Below the pieces are notes generated by a model, which made no database searches, had not been told where the DNA came from, and saw nothing but the letters and a program-made list of their open reading frames with translations. Source: a virus. From it: a stretch of 64,000 bases of DNA. Made by a program: the position numbers and the translations under genes. The stretch is from IMG/VR virus record IMGVR_UViG_3300044858_003017. The stretch is one strand, 5' to 3'. Of the stretch, positions 39,559-50,345 are shown piece after piece. Each line of letters opens with the position of its first letter. Within the stretch, counting starts at the first letter, position 1.

Positions 39559-40707
39559 TTATTTTTTACAAACAACTAGATCTTTTTCATATGTTTCCAT
39601 AGAAACAATTGTAATTTTTAAATTACCTATTGTAAAGGTGCCGGGTTCTCCAGAATCTTGTACTATTGCTGATAAATTTTGTATAACATCAAAATCTTGT
39701 TGAGTAAATGCATTTCCATCAATTTCTACAACGATATCATTATAATCATATCTATCCAACTCAGTTAATGAATGGCAACGTTTACGTAAATCAAATTTTG
39801 TATTAGGTTGTTCTAATGTAACATATTTCATCCACTCTGCATCTGAGTATATTTGTTCGCCAAACGGTTCTAATAATTCTAATAAGTGTGCCGTACAATT
39901 TTCAATACGTATTCCAATATTATATTTTGGTGCCGATAATCGCATACCCCATTTTCTAATGAAATTTCTATTTGAATTCAATTCAATTTGCTGTGTTCGA
40001 GTTTGATATTCTTCTGAAAATCTAGATGTTTTACTAACAAAATGATAACATATTGCATCCAATGCAGTAAAACAATTCATTCCCAATAAATTCCATCGAC
40101 GAATCAAATCATCATCTTCGCAAAACATTGGATTGAATAAATTATCCATACCTCCAATTTCTAATAACTTGATGCGAGGCATACACATAAAAAACGTAAT
40201 ACCAGATTCAGTTTTGTTTTCATATTTAGATTTATTTGTTCTAACAAACTCGTATAACGCCCCCTTATCAAACGTCTCTAAAGATGTACCCAAATCATGT
40301 ATTAGTTTACCTGGACGTTCATGTCCTGCGAATATAGGCGGTTCTATTGTGGTATATGCAACCACATTGTTAGCATCTACATGTTTTTCTAAATTTTCAA
40401 TAAAACCAGGCGCTAATACAATATCATTATGTAAATATGCTACATAGTCGCGCGTAGCTAATTCTGCTGCTTTGTTAAATGTATCAGAAAACGTTTTGTT
40501 TTCAACTGAATAGAAATACTTTAAGTTATCATCTAATAATGTGTCTAACCATTCATGCGTTCCATCAGTTGACCCATAACTTACAAAACATATTTCTACT
40601 TCTGGATATAATGCTCTAGTTGTTTCGTAAAAATGTTTATTGTAGTCTAAATTATTTTTTAGTCCTACTAATAATGAAATGTTATTTTCCATATAATATT
40701 TGTTCAA
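39559..40707 (-). CDS. GT2 family glycosyltransferase
   Basis: GSTDGT, YLHNDI, FCEDDDL motifs. Confidence 0.85.
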   Translation of the reverse strand: MNKYYMENNISLLVGLKNNLDYNKHFYETTRALYPEVEICFVSYGSTDGTHEWLDTLLDDNLKYFYSVENKTFSDTFNKAAELATRDYVAYLHNDIVLAPGFIENLEKHVDANNVVAYTTIEPPIFAGHERPGKLIHDLGTSLETFDKGALYEFVRTNKSKYENKTESGITFFMCMPRIKLLEIGGMDNLFNPMFCEDDDLIRRWNLLGMNCFTALDAICYHFVSKTSRFSEEYQTRTQQIELNSNRNFIRKWGMRLSAPKYNIGIRIENCTAHLLELLEPFGEQIYSDAEWMKYVTLEQPNTKFDLRKRCHSLTELDRYDYNDIVVEIDGNAFTQQDFDVIQNLSAIVQDSGEPGTFTIGNLKITIVSMETYEKDLVVCKK

Positions 40708-41557
40708 TTCGTTCTTCTAATGTATATTTAGGTTTGTATATTGATAGCATTAAACTAGGATCACATACTCTAAAAGAAACTCCAATTGGTTTTTCTAATA
40801 AATGTTTAATTCCATTCTCTGGCCGCCATTTGCTAATTTCAAACATAGTTTCAGCTAATGTATTAAATGGAGTAGCTATTCCACTTCCTAGATTCAATGC
40901 ATCAACTTGAACATCATTTTCTACAACAGTCATAACCGCTTCTACAATATCTTCCATATGGATAAAATCTCGTACTTGCGTACCATCGCCCCAAATTTCA
41001 AATTCAGAAACTTTTCTTTTAATTCTATCAATGAATGATGGGAATGGATAAGTTAAATCCTGATCTGCGCCATATCCTGAGAATGGTCTAAATACATAAA
41101 CTTTAGTTCCTTGTTCTCTAACAAATTTTGCTAAATATTCGCCTGTTAATTTAGCCCAACCATATGTATAATCTGGTAATCTAATATCATCTAAATTAAT
41201 ATCCGATTCTTTTAAATGATATTGCAATTCTGGATGTTGTAAATGTACTGGGTATGCTGCACTAGAACTAAAGTAAACTACTCTAGGTTGTTTTGTTTTT
41301 ATTACCCAGTTAAAGAACTCCGAATCAATTGATAAATCTGTTGCTACTGATAACGGTTCATTTTCAATTGTTTCTCGACCACCTACGATTGCTGCTAAAT
41401 GAATTATCAAATCAAATTTTTGAGTTGAAGTTTTAAAAAAGTCGCGACAATCGTTTCCTTCTTTTAAATCAACTCCAGTTATTTCATGTTTACCATTAAA
41501 ATAACGTAAAAAGGATCTGCCTACGAACCCCATATGGCCTGTAATTAATATTTTCAT
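40682..41557 (-). CDS. NAD-dependent epimerase/dehydratase
   Basis: TGHMGFVG, HLAA, SSSAAY, YGWAK, GDGTQVRDF. Confidence 0.93.
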   Translation of the reverse strand: MKILITGHMGFVGRSFLRYFNGKHEITGVDLKEGNDCRDFFKTSTQKFDLIIHLAAIVGGRETIENEPLSVATDLSIDSEFFNWVIKTKQPRVVYFSSSAAYPVHLQHPELQYHLKESDINLDDIRLPDYTYGWAKLTGEYLAKFVREQGTKVYVFRPFSGYGADQDLTYPFPSFIDRIKRKVSEFEIWGDGTQVRDFIHMEDIVEAVMTVVENDVQVDALNLGSGIATPFNTLAETMFEISKWRPENGIKHLLEKPIGVSFRVCDPSLMLSIYKPKYTLEERIEQILYGK

Positions 41558-42420
41558 AAATTTTCTATAAAATTAAAAATGCTTGTATATGCATCTTGTT
41601 CAAATTGTTTATAAATCTCGTCATTCTTTTCATTTAATGTCCCAACTCGTTTTGTAGGGTGAACTTGATTATGTCCTTTTAATCTAGTTGATATATGATA
41701 TTGTGGTATATTTTTTTTAGTAAAAAACATTTCTAAACAATAATCTTCTCGAGCAAAATGTAAATCTAATGGTAAAAATGGATATGGTAAATTTCTTGCT
41801 AGTGCGGTCATATTACCATCTATCTTCAATCGGTCTAATTTAATTAAAATTGGATCGAATTGACTATTAAATTTATTTAATTCATCAATTGAAATATAAT
41901 CAGTACAATTAAATGGAGCTGGAGCTTGTTCTGGACGTATTGCGGGGCCGTTTCTAGGAAATTTATGTATCCACGGATGTTCTACATCATCCCATGTACT
42001 ATCCCACATTTTTCTAGTTGCTAATGAAATAAAATGTGGATGATCTAATTCTATGTTTGATAATAGAAAGAAATAATCTTCTGGGACTAAACAATCAGAT
42101 TCTCCCCATACAATGTATTTATAATCATATTCTGGACCGTAAATATCTCTACGGAAATCTCCTATATTATAAAATTCATCATCATTTGTTTTATATGAAA
42201 TGATTGCATTCTTTAAAACTGGATGATTTATAAATTCATTAAACATCTCTATTGGAATAACGTTGTCAGGCTTTTCTATAAATGTTTGAGCATTTAAATA
42301 TACTATTAAATCTACTGGGATAATACTATTTTGAATTGCATGCTCAACTGAATCTAATGTTTCATTTAACATTTTAGACTCATACCACATTACGTGTAAT
42401 GTATATAATATTTTATTCAT
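41554..42420 (-). CDS. putative GT-A fold glycosyltransferase
   Basis: WGESD and REDY acidic motifs; cluster context. Confidence 0.55.
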   Translation of the reverse strand: MNKILYTLHVMWYESKMLNETLDSVEHAIQNSIIPVDLIVYLNAQTFIEKPDNVIPIEMFNEFINHPVLKNAIISYKTNDDEFYNIGDFRRDIYGPEYDYKYIVWGESDCLVPEDYFFLLSNIELDHPHFISLATRKMWDSTWDDVEHPWIHKFPRNGPAIRPEQAPAPFNCTDYISIDELNKFNSQFDPILIKLDRLKIDGNMTALARNLPYPFLPLDLHFAREDYCLEMFFTKKNIPQYHISTRLKGHNQVHPTKRVGTLNEKNDEIYKQFEQDAYTSIFNFIENL

Positions 42421-43277
42421 ATAATTGATTGATATAAATTAATGTGTTGTTGTGCAACATATTTGCTGTTGCATAATTCTTTTATTTCTTCCGGCGCCGT
42501 TGAATCTATTGATAAAATATTTCCATTGATATCAATTAAATACATATATCCTGGCACATCGCAACACCAACCTTCTAAAGTTGTTCTGCCTAATAAAATT
42601 CCTGCAGTAAAATGCATCATCTGTACTATGTTTTCAGTATCCCATCGTTTGTCTACATATTTAATGTTTGGATGCTTAAAGTCATAACGACTTTCACTCA
42701 TTAGATACAAATCCCAATCATTTTCAATGCATTGTTGAACTAAATGCTGAACTGCTTGAAAACGTATTGGATCTAAAACTTCTCCAACAAAAATTCCAGA
42801 ATAACGTTCTAATTTTGAAGCCTCATTGGAATTAAATCTAGTTCTATCAATTGGATTGTATATCAATGAAACTTTGGATGCTGGTATATTGTAGTCATTG
42901 ATAAGCATATCTACAATTGGTTTTCGTATTACAACATAATGTGATATTCTAGAATCCAATATCGGATCTTCAGATCTAATTTCTGAATGTATGATACTAA
43001 TTATAGGAATATTTTTAAAATGTTCCAACATAAACAAATTGACTTGCGGTTGACTTGCTACTATTATATCATATTTTTCTGTAATATCCAAATTTGTTGT
43101 ATCTAATTGTCGAACATGTTGAAGTTTTAATCGTACTTCATCCATCCAATCAATTTCTCGCAATGTGAATAATGTAACATCGTGTCCTAATGCATCTAAT
43201 TCACGTGTTAGTTCATAATGATATAATTCACTTCCGCCTAAGCCATTAGCATTCAAACAACCTAATAGTATTTTCAT
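42417..43277 (-). CDS. GT-B (GT4-like) glycosyltransferase
   Basis: GGSELY...LGHDVTLF, IYNPID, GRTTLEG. Confidence 0.75.
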   Translation of the reverse strand: MKILLGCLNANGLGGSELYHYELTRELDALGHDVTLFTLREIDWMDEVRLKLQHVRQLDTTNLDITEKYDIIVASQPQVNLFMLEHFKNIPIISIIHSEIRSEDPILDSRISHYVVIRKPIVDMLINDYNIPASKVSLIYNPIDRTRFNSNEASKLERYSGIFVGEVLDPIRFQAVQHLVQQCIENDWDLYLMSESRYDFKHPNIKYVDKRWDTENIVQMMHFTAGILLGRTTLEGWCCDVPGYMYLIDINGNILSIDSTAPEEIKELCNSKYVAQQHINLYQSII

Positions 43278-43897
43278 ATTTTTTGTAAGATAAAATTAAT
43301 TGTATTTTGCCAAACAATCCTATATTCAGTATGACATATATCTGATAACTGCTGTATTGTGATATTATTAGAATTATGTTCGAATATAAAAAATTCTGGT
43401 CTGTATCCTAATTCATATAATCTACTAAATGCTAAAATATCCTTACCCTCGATGTCAATGCTAATAATATCAAAGTAATCAATCTTGATATCTGATACTA
43501 ATTGATCAATTGTCTTTGTTTTAATTAGTTCTTCAGTATAGTGAACATTTCTATTAGTTTCCCAATATGTTTTTTCTGAAGTTGACATTGTAGATACTTG
43601 ATTAATTGTATCTGGCTCTAAATTTCCTAAATAAATCACCGTTTCCGTTTCTTCTGAATCAATTGCATATGGATATATGATAACTTGATTATTTTCAGAA
43701 TATAATTCATTTAATTTAGATATACATTGGCTAGTAGGTTCTACTAATACGCCTTTCCATCCTAGTTTTTCAATAAAATATCTAGAATTTGAATAAGTTG
43801 TTCCGTCATTTGCACCTATATCTAATATAGATCCAATTTTATTATTGTTAGACAACTGATTAACAATAAAAAGGTCTTCTCCGTGTTGTGAATACAT
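43274..43897 (-). CDS. FkbM family methyltransferase
   Basis: YSQHGED, LDIGANDG, VEP, SIDIEG. Confidence 0.9.
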   Translation of the reverse strand: MYSQHGEDLFIVNQLSNNNKIGSILDIGANDGTTYSNSRYFIEKLGWKGVLVEPTSQCISKLNELYSENNQVIIYPYAIDSEETETVIYLGNLEPDTINQVSTMSTSEKTYWETNRNVHYTEELIKTKTIDQLVSDIKIDYFDIISIDIEGKDILAFSRLYELGYRPEFFIFEHNSNNITIQQLSDICHTEYRIVWQNTINFILQKI

Positions 43898-43900
43898 AAG

Positions 43901-44491
43901 TTACTTTGTTGCTACGATATATTGAAAATGTGCTTTGTGATGTAATGTTACATTCCATCCTGCGTCTACAAACATTTCTTTATATGAATCCCCATTAAAC
44001 ACCCATAAATGAAATGGTGCGTGATATGTTGGTGTTTCATAATCGGGAGATGATGCTATGATATATTTTACGCCGTTATTTAATAATTTTTTAATAAATG
44101 TGTCTGGATCTACTAAATGCTCTAATACTTCTGTACAAATTGCAATATCTGGGAATTTAATATCATCTTCGATTATAAAATCTTTGTAAAATACATTATC
44201 TGTATTTCCGCGTGTAATTGCATCTTCTACATTTGCAGGACATAAATCATAACCCCAAATTGTATTTGAAACTTTTGACTGAATCTCGCGAATTAGTCCA
44301 GCATTGCCACAACCAAAATCACAAATTGTTAAATCTTTATTTTGTTCATGATTTAATATTTGTAATAAAAAATCTTGCACTTGCAATAATCTAGGACGAT
44401 GTCCTGCTTCATTTATATGATCAACTGCTTCTCGGTCTTTATACCATTCTGCATCATGACTATGTGGTTTATCAAATGTTTTATATCTCAT
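43901..44491 (-). CDS. class I SAM-dependent methyltransferase
   Basis: DFGCGNAG, EVLEHLVDP. Confidence 0.9.
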   Translation of the reverse strand: MRYKTFDKPHSHDAEWYKDREAVDHINEAGHRPRLLQVQDFLLQILNHEQNKDLTICDFGCGNAGLIREIQSKVSNTIWGYDLCPANVEDAITRGNTDNVFYKDFIIEDDIKFPDIAICTEVLEHLVDPDTFIKKLLNNGVKYIIASSPDYETPTYHAPFHLWVFNGDSYKEMFVDAGWNVTLHHKAHFQYIVATK

Positions 44492-45165
44492 AATAATTCT
44501 TTTATTTTATTAATGTCAATCATTCTTTGTGGACTATTCATATAGATTTGATATTGTTGTTGATCATATGGTGCAACAGATGCTGCATCTACATATTGTG
44601 AATCTCGTACTGCTTTGCCGTTGTCTGGATGTACATGTTCAAATATTACTTCATCAAAGTATTTAATAATATTTAAGCTATGTCCTAAATCTAACCAAAA
44701 ATTGTCAGCATACATATGAATTAAATTCTTAGGAACCATATATTCTAATTTGTCAACTATATTAGAAGTTAAACAAACTGCGGTTGGTAATTTAGCTCCT
44801 TGTAATAAATCATTACCATATGCGATGCCAACTCCATTATTTTTTTCAAAATAAGAAATAAACTTAGATTCCCAAGCTGATTGAATAACGTGATCATCGC
44901 CAAAAAACGCAATATATTTATATTGGTCTTTATATTTCATGGCAATTTGATTCAATGTTGGAATCATCCTTATTCGAGGATTCACTTCATAAATAACGCC
45001 ATCTCTTCTAGGATATTGATGATCATCATCAGAGTCTAATGCAATGCATAAATCACTATGTCCTTCTGAATGAAGTTGACAATGTTGTATAAATCGATCA
45101 ACATTTGGATATCTGACACTTTCACCAGATCTGGATGGTACTATAATTAAAATTTCTTTTTTCAT
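44488..45165 (-). CDS. GT2-like glycosyltransferase
   Basis: IIVPSR, LDSDD, FGDDH, HMYADN. Confidence 0.75.
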   Translation of the reverse strand: MKKEILIIVPSRSGESVRYPNVDRFIQHCQLHSEGHSDLCIALDSDDDHQYPRRDGVIYEVNPRIRMIPTLNQIAMKYKDQYKYIAFFGDDHVIQSAWESKFISYFEKNNGVGIAYGNDLLQGAKLPTAVCLTSNIVDKLEYMVPKNLIHMYADNFWLDLGHSLNIIKYFDEVIFEHVHPDNGKAVRDSQYVDAASVAPYDQQQYQIYMNSPQRMIDINKIKELL

Positions 45166-45785
45166 AATGTATTGTAATAATTGTTTTGTTTTTCTTGTCG
45201 TTCAATTGTTTTAGGATGATATAGAGCGAACTCCTCCATTTCTGGCAAACTGGTCCACGTCTTATGTCCATTTAATACTTCATGGACTTTATTAATCCAT
45301 TTAATTTCTGTTTTGTTTTTCCAAATTCTCCATTGATTGTCCGGCCAATTGATCCAGCCCTGATCATTTACATTCCAGCGCCATTTTGTAATATGTTCTT
45401 GAGTAATTCCTTCTACTGTATTAACGCGTGGAACTAAAAATACATCACAATCAAAGTTTTCTTCTAATACATATGGTAATACTTCTACTAGTTTTTCATG
45501 AGGTATTTCATCTGCATCGATCTGAAAAATATAATCGCCGCTACATAAACTAGTTAACTTATTTTTCCAATCTGCAAAATGTCCTGCAAACTCACCTTTA
45601 TGCCAAGAAAATTCTTTATTAACAGAGTGTGATCGTAAAAAAGCTTCAATCTCTAAATCTCCATTTTTACTATCAAACAAGATAACAATATTGTCTTGTA
45701 TTCTTTTATGTTTAAGCAAGTGTGTAATGAGTCTTTGAATTTCTTTAAACTCATTGCACACCGTAATAGCGTATGTTATTTTCAT
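45162..45785 (-). CDS. GT2 family glycosyltransferase
   Basis: ITVCNE, QIDADE, KVHE. Confidence 0.85.
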   Translation of the reverse strand: MKITYAITVCNEFKEIQRLITHLLKHKRIQDNIVILFDSKNGDLEIEAFLRSHSVNKEFSWHKGEFAGHFADWKNKLTSLCSGDYIFQIDADEIPHEKLVEVLPYVLEENFDCDVFLVPRVNTVEGITQEHITKWRWNVNDQGWINWPDNQWRIWKNKTEIKWINKVHEVLNGHKTWTSLPEMEEFALYHPKTIERQEKQNNYYNTL

Positions 45786-47014
45786 ATTTTTTGCAATTTA
45801 GGTAGTTTTAACTCTAATGGTTTTGGGATAGATTCAACTCCCTCATCTACAATGTTCAATACTCGTTCATATACTGTGGCTACTGCAGTTTTAGTAAAAG
45901 TTGAATTTACAAAGTAACGTTGACGTTTTGCTAATTCTTGCCATTTTTTATAATTTTTCAAAACATCTTTCATCATTTTACCTGCAGATGCATAATCCGG
46001 AGTAAACCATTTAGCTTCTTCAATTAAAAATTCATTGCGTGCCGATGGATGAATTTCAGTTAATCCGCCTGGTAATGCACAAATAAAATCTTTTTTCAAG
46101 AAATCTACCTGTCCTGAATAGTATGGAGCAATGATTGGTTTCCCGGATGTCGAAAATTCTAATAATGGACGACCAAAACCTTCAGCTTTAGTAAATGATA
46201 TCATTGCTTTTATTTTTGGATGATTATAAAGAAGATTCATTTCTTCATCTGTTAAATCACCATGCAAAAGATATACACTTGGTAATTTTGCATTTCCAAA
46301 CATATCTCGTATTTGTGAAATTTTTGATTCAATTTCAAATCGATCTAATACAGAATATGTTGCACCACTTGTTTTTAATACGAGAGCAGGAGTATCTTTT
46401 TGATTTTTATATGTATCAAAAAAACAATGAATCAATCCACTGATATTTTTTCTATCTTCTCCTAGTTGTCCTTGTAACCAATGTCCTACCGATAAAAATG
46501 CAGTTGTTTCTGCAATTTGATCTAATATACTTAATTGGCCTGGCAATGTATTCGTATAAATTGTTTCATCAAAATATTCCGGAATAACTTGTATATTTGT
46601 TGTTATAGCTTTTCCATGTTTTTTAGATGTATTTTCAAATACTTGTTTAGTAAATTCAGTTGGAACAATAATCATTTGCATAGCATTAATTTTATCAATC
46701 CATTCTGCGGGACAAATATCACCTTCTGTTGCCGCGGTGACTCCAATATTATATTTACCAACTGCTTGAAATTCATTTGGCACGGTTATTTGTACCCAAA
46801 TATCTGGTTGATATTGTATTGGCATTGGAATAATTCTTTGTTTCCAATCTTGTGGCAATGGATATGTAAATGGTGTATGCCCCCATGGTAATGAAAGCAA
46901 TTTAATGTCCCATTCATTACCTCGTTGTTCAATAAAATTAGCAATTATTTCACGAGCATGATGTCCGTATCCCGATTGTGTTGCTACTGGTGATGCTATA
47001 ACTACTGTGCGCAT
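45782..47014 (-). CDS. GT4 family glycosyltransferase
   Basis: SGYG, RKN, EGFGRPLLE. Confidence 0.88.
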   Translation of the reverse strand: MRTVVIASPVATQSGYGHHAREIIANFIEQRGNEWDIKLLSLPWGHTPFTYPLPQDWKQRIIPMPIQYQPDIWVQITVPNEFQAVGKYNIGVTAATEGDICPAEWIDKINAMQMIIVPTEFTKQVFENTSKKHGKAITTNIQVIPEYFDETIYTNTLPGQLSILDQIAETTAFLSVGHWLQGQLGEDRKNISGLIHCFFDTYKNQKDTPALVLKTSGATYSVLDRFEIESKISQIRDMFGNAKLPSVYLLHGDLTDEEMNLLYNHPKIKAMISFTKAEGFGRPLLEFSTSGKPIIAPYYSGQVDFLKKDFICALPGGLTEIHPSARNEFLIEEAKWFTPDYASAGKMMKDVLKNYKKWQELAKRQRYFVNSTFTKTAVATVYERVLNIVDEGVESIPKPLELKLPKLQKI

Positions 47015-48498
47015 ACTATTCCTGTTTTTTCGTATTTTTTTGTTGTAACTTTATGTAATGTATATTTTGCTCTATTTTCTCGTTTAGAATCAAATAGATA
47101 ATCAATCATATGAATCATTTTTTGACCCATTTGTTCTGCCGTAAGTCCATTTTTCAAACACCAATCTCTTCCAGCTTGTCCCATCGACTCTCGAAGCGTT
47201 TCTGGAGTGTCATACCAATAGCGAATTGCATCAGCTACATCTTCAAAACAAACTCGGTCATCAAAGATATATGGCGTAGCAGGCGATCCTTGAAGTGATC
47301 GGTTACTTGGAAATACTGGTTTGGCCCATATCCCATGGTGTTTAAATTTACCCATATGATTTGTTGAAAAATCTCCATCAAATCTTATCCATTCATCATT
47401 TTCATCTACAAAACCACATTGATCTTGCAATCCACCGGTAACATTATTAACGATAGGAGTTCCTGACAACATTGCTTCAGTTGAACTAAGTCCCCAACCT
47501 TCGTTGCTACCAATATTAACTACCACATCTGCAACATTATACAATGCATTTAACTCTTGTGGAGTCATTTTTTGTTCTGAAAATAATATTTTGCAATTAG
47601 GTGCCAATGTTTTATAAATTGCACGCAAATCTGTACCATTTTCGTCTACAACTTGCGTGTGCATTAAAAGTGCAACTTTATTTCGTGTAGCTTCTGGCAA
47701 TCCGTCTACAAAATGTTTGAATGCTAATATCAAATCACCTGGTTGTTTTCTTCGTATATTTCGATTATTCCAAAATACTACAAAATCAACATCATTTTTA
47801 GTTTTGATATTTTCATACATTCGTTTGTATGCTGCGTCATCTTGCGGCAATGGCTTAAACGTGTTATGATTCAATCCGTGTGGAACAAATCCTGTAATAA
47901 TTTGGTTCCATTTTACATCTTGCGGTACAGAATCATTTGAATCATAATTTACGACATCAAACCCATTTTGAGTAAGTACTTCTCGATGAATGTTATCTGA
48001 CTGCTTGCTAATACCCATAATTAAATCGCAACTTGCATAATATGGTGCGTTCCACATCGGATACGGCAAATCATCCCAGATTGAATAATATACAATAGGA
48101 ATATTATAAGTTGTTTTAATTTCATGTTCAATTGCATAAAGCCAAACCCAATATCTTGGATCAGTGAAATGAAATATTGCATCTGGTTTTTCTTGATTGA
48201 TGATTGCAAATAATATATTGCGGTCGCCATATCCGCTCCACGGAATTATTTTAACAGACGCATCAGCTACACCAGTTTCTTGTGCAACATGTGCAGATAA
48301 ATCAACACCTTGCCCGTGTTCGGGATGATGTAGAGCTGCTCCTAATTGTACCCAATCATAATGATGTACGGTATTAAAAACTATTTCTCGGCTAATTGTG
48401 CCAATGCCAGACGGCAAACGAAAATCGTCAGCTAACAATAAAATTTTCTTTTTCTTAGGCTTGTTCGGGTCGAACTTTTGTAACTTTGGTAACTCCAT
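47002..48498 (-). CDS. GT4 family glycosyltransferase
   Basis: SGIG, NRNIRRKQ, EGWGLSSTEAM. Confidence 0.88.
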   Translation of the reverse strand: MELPKLQKFDPNKPKKKKILLLADDFRLPSGIGTISREIVFNTVHHYDWVQLGAALHHPEHGQGVDLSAHVAQETGVADASVKIIPWSGYGDRNILFAIINQEKPDAIFHFTDPRYWVWLYAIEHEIKTTYNIPIVYYSIWDDLPYPMWNAPYYASCDLIMGISKQSDNIHREVLTQNGFDVVNYDSNDSVPQDVKWNQIITGFVPHGLNHNTFKPLPQDDAAYKRMYENIKTKNDVDFVVFWNNRNIRRKQPGDLILAFKHFVDGLPEATRNKVALLMHTQVVDENGTDLRAIYKTLAPNCKILFSEQKMTPQELNALYNVADVVVNIGSNEGWGLSSTEAMLSGTPIVNNVTGGLQDQCGFVDENDEWIRFDGDFSTNHMGKFKHHGIWAKPVFPSNRSLQGSPATPYIFDDRVCFEDVADAIRYWYDTPETLRESMGQAGRDWCLKNGLTAEQMGQKMIHMIDYLFDSKRENRAKYTLHKVTTKKYEKTGIVCAQ

Positions 48499-48530
48499 TT
48501 AATCCTTTGTAACTTTATTATAAATATGGT

Positions 48531-48935
48531 TTAACCTAATATAACCACCGGTTTATTTAATTTTTTAGTGCGAGTCCATGCAGTTTGCAATACTGGGTCT
48601 AATTGCATTTGGTTACTCATAATCATCATGTAATCACATCGTTCTGCAATAAGTTGCATGCGGTGATGTAATTGTGAAAAATGATATGGTTTGCCATAAT
48701 ATGACTCTGGCATTGCTGAATACATGTTATGTCCTGAAAATGAAGGATTGTATTCTTCATACTGTATGGCAAATTCTAATGCATATTTCCTAACCATGTT
48801 GTTTGCACCTTCGCTGCCACCTGCACCAACTACTATCAAGTCATCTCCAAACTTTCGTTTTAACATTTGAAGAGTTTCTTGAATCTTTCTTTTGTTTTGC
48901 CAATCTGTATTTCCAATGACTGCAACTCGTTTCAT
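48531..48935 (-). CDS. SLOG/YspA-like (DUF2493-like) protein
   Basis: RVAVIG, GAGGSEGA, IAERCD...KPV. Confidence 0.65.
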   Translation of the reverse strand: MKRVAVIGNTDWQNKRKIQETLQMLKRKFGDDLIVVGAGGSEGANNMVRKYALEFAIQYEEYNPSFSGHNMYSAMPESYYGKPYHFSQLHHRMQLIAERCDYMMIMSNQMQLDPVLQTAWTRTKKLNKPVVILG

Positions 48936-49150
48936 TTTCTATCTCGTACAAATTTAACACCTTTTGGATAATGTCCGTATACTAAACGAAGCATTTGTTC
49001 CAATGTTTTTCTATTTTCTTTATGATCAGGTCCATCTACATTTGTGCATAATGCATATTCCATTGTGCACGTACGTTTACCGCCCCAAGATGCATGATTT
49101 TGCATTTCAAATTCGTAAACGTATACATGTTTATGTGTCCATTTAATCAT
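48932..49150 (-). CDS. hypothetical protein
   Basis: 72-aa ORF; promoter at about 49156-49185. Confidence 0.65.
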   Translation of the reverse strand: MIKWTHKHVYVYEFEMQNHASWGGKRTCTMEYALCTNVDGPDHKENRKTLEQMLRLVYGHYPKGVKFVRDRK

Positions 49151-49168
49151 ATCTTATTATAATGAATT

Positions 49169-50125
49169 TTATTCACGAATCCTATTTTCTTTAGGACAAC
49201 GTACATAATCAGTTTTGAAAGGACAATACTTGCAATTCGTAGAACCTTTACCAGCAATTGCCATATATTGTCTATCAGCATTCTTATTGCCTTCAGCATC
49301 GAAACAAGATTCAACAAATGCTTCAATCTGCCGCTGCACTTTCTTTTGCGTTACCGAACCTGCAGATGGTTTGAAATTTTGTATGCGTTTTTGTGGAAAC
49401 ATTGATTCTTCAACAATCTTGCGCTTAACAATAAAAAATTCAACATCAATGTTTTCTTTAGGAACACCAAATTGCTCTGAAAAGTAATTCTTGTATGCAA
49501 CTAACTGTGCAGCTTTCATTGAATCTGATTTAGCATTCTTATTCCAACCATTGCGCGATGTCTTGATGTCAAGAATTACAATCTTATTGGTTGGAGCATG
49601 ACGAAGCACAACATCAATAAAGCCATACCAATATACTGATGGATTCTTTGCTGATGCTTGTTGACATAATTCAATTTCGATACCAACAAGCTCCCAATCT
49701 TTGCTTGAAAAATATTGTGAACGTCGTTTCAAAAACCATTGTAAAATAGCAGCACCATCTTCTAAATATTCTGCTAATTGCAACGGATTAGAAAAATGTT
49801 GTCCTCCCATTTCTTGCACACATCGAGTATATTCATCTCGAAGCTTACTTTGCAATATTGAACGAAGATTTAATTCTTCTGCTTTCTTAACAGATTCCGT
49901 ATACATTACGGTTAAGAAATGTTGAAATGTTTCGTGAAATGCCGTACCAAATACTGTATCAATTGATGCTTGAAATGGAGCTAAACCATCAATGTATGCT
50001 AACTTCCAAGAAAGTGGACAACGTTCATACATTGACCATTGTGAATAAGATATTTTTCTAGGAACAGTTTGTGCATCTCGTATTGCTAGTTTATATACTG
50101 GATTGATATAATTTCCTTGTTTCAT
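49169..50125 (-). CDS. PD-(D/E)XK exonuclease (RecB/Cas4-like)
   Basis: SYSQ...CP, GTAFHE, GFID...LDIKT, QLVAY, CKYCPF...C. Confidence 0.88.
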   Translation of the reverse strand: MKQGNYINPVYKLAIRDAQTVPRKISYSQWSMYERCPLSWKLAYIDGLAPFQASIDTVFGTAFHETFQHFLTVMYTESVKKAEELNLRSILQSKLRDEYTRCVQEMGGQHFSNPLQLAEYLEDGAAILQWFLKRRSQYFSSKDWELVGIEIELCQQASAKNPSVYWYGFIDVVLRHAPTNKIVILDIKTSRNGWNKNAKSDSMKAAQLVAYKNYFSEQFGVPKENIDVEFFIVKRKIVEESMFPQKRIQNFKPSAGSVTQKKVQRQIEAFVESCFDAEGNKNADRQYMAIAGKGSTNCKYCPFKTDYVRCPKENRIRE

Positions 50126-50141
50126 ATTATAAAATAAGAAA

Positions 50142-50345
50142 TTATTTGTTAGAATCCAATTGTTCCTTTAAATAAATATCAATTAAATCTTTTGTTTTTT
50201 GTAGATCTTGTTGAAAAGAACCTTTGTGACGGCACCTTACAATGCGTTTAATGATGTCGAACTCATAGGCGTTCAAGTCCCACTCTTCTGCAAATTTATA
50301 AAGGCTATCCTTACCTTTGTAATGTGATTGTGTATTTATACTCAT
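50142..50345 (-). CDS. DUF3310-like small protein
   Basis: HY...IIKRIVRCRHKG...DLQK pattern. Confidence 0.6.
   Translation of the reverse strand: MSINTQSHYKGKDSLYKFAEEWDLNAYEFDIIKRIVRCRHKGSFQQDLQKTKDLIDIYLKEQLDSNK

Noticed and set aside
49169-50125. CRISPR-associated Cas4
   Set aside because: Stand-alone PD-(D/E)XK nuclease in a replication block, common in phages
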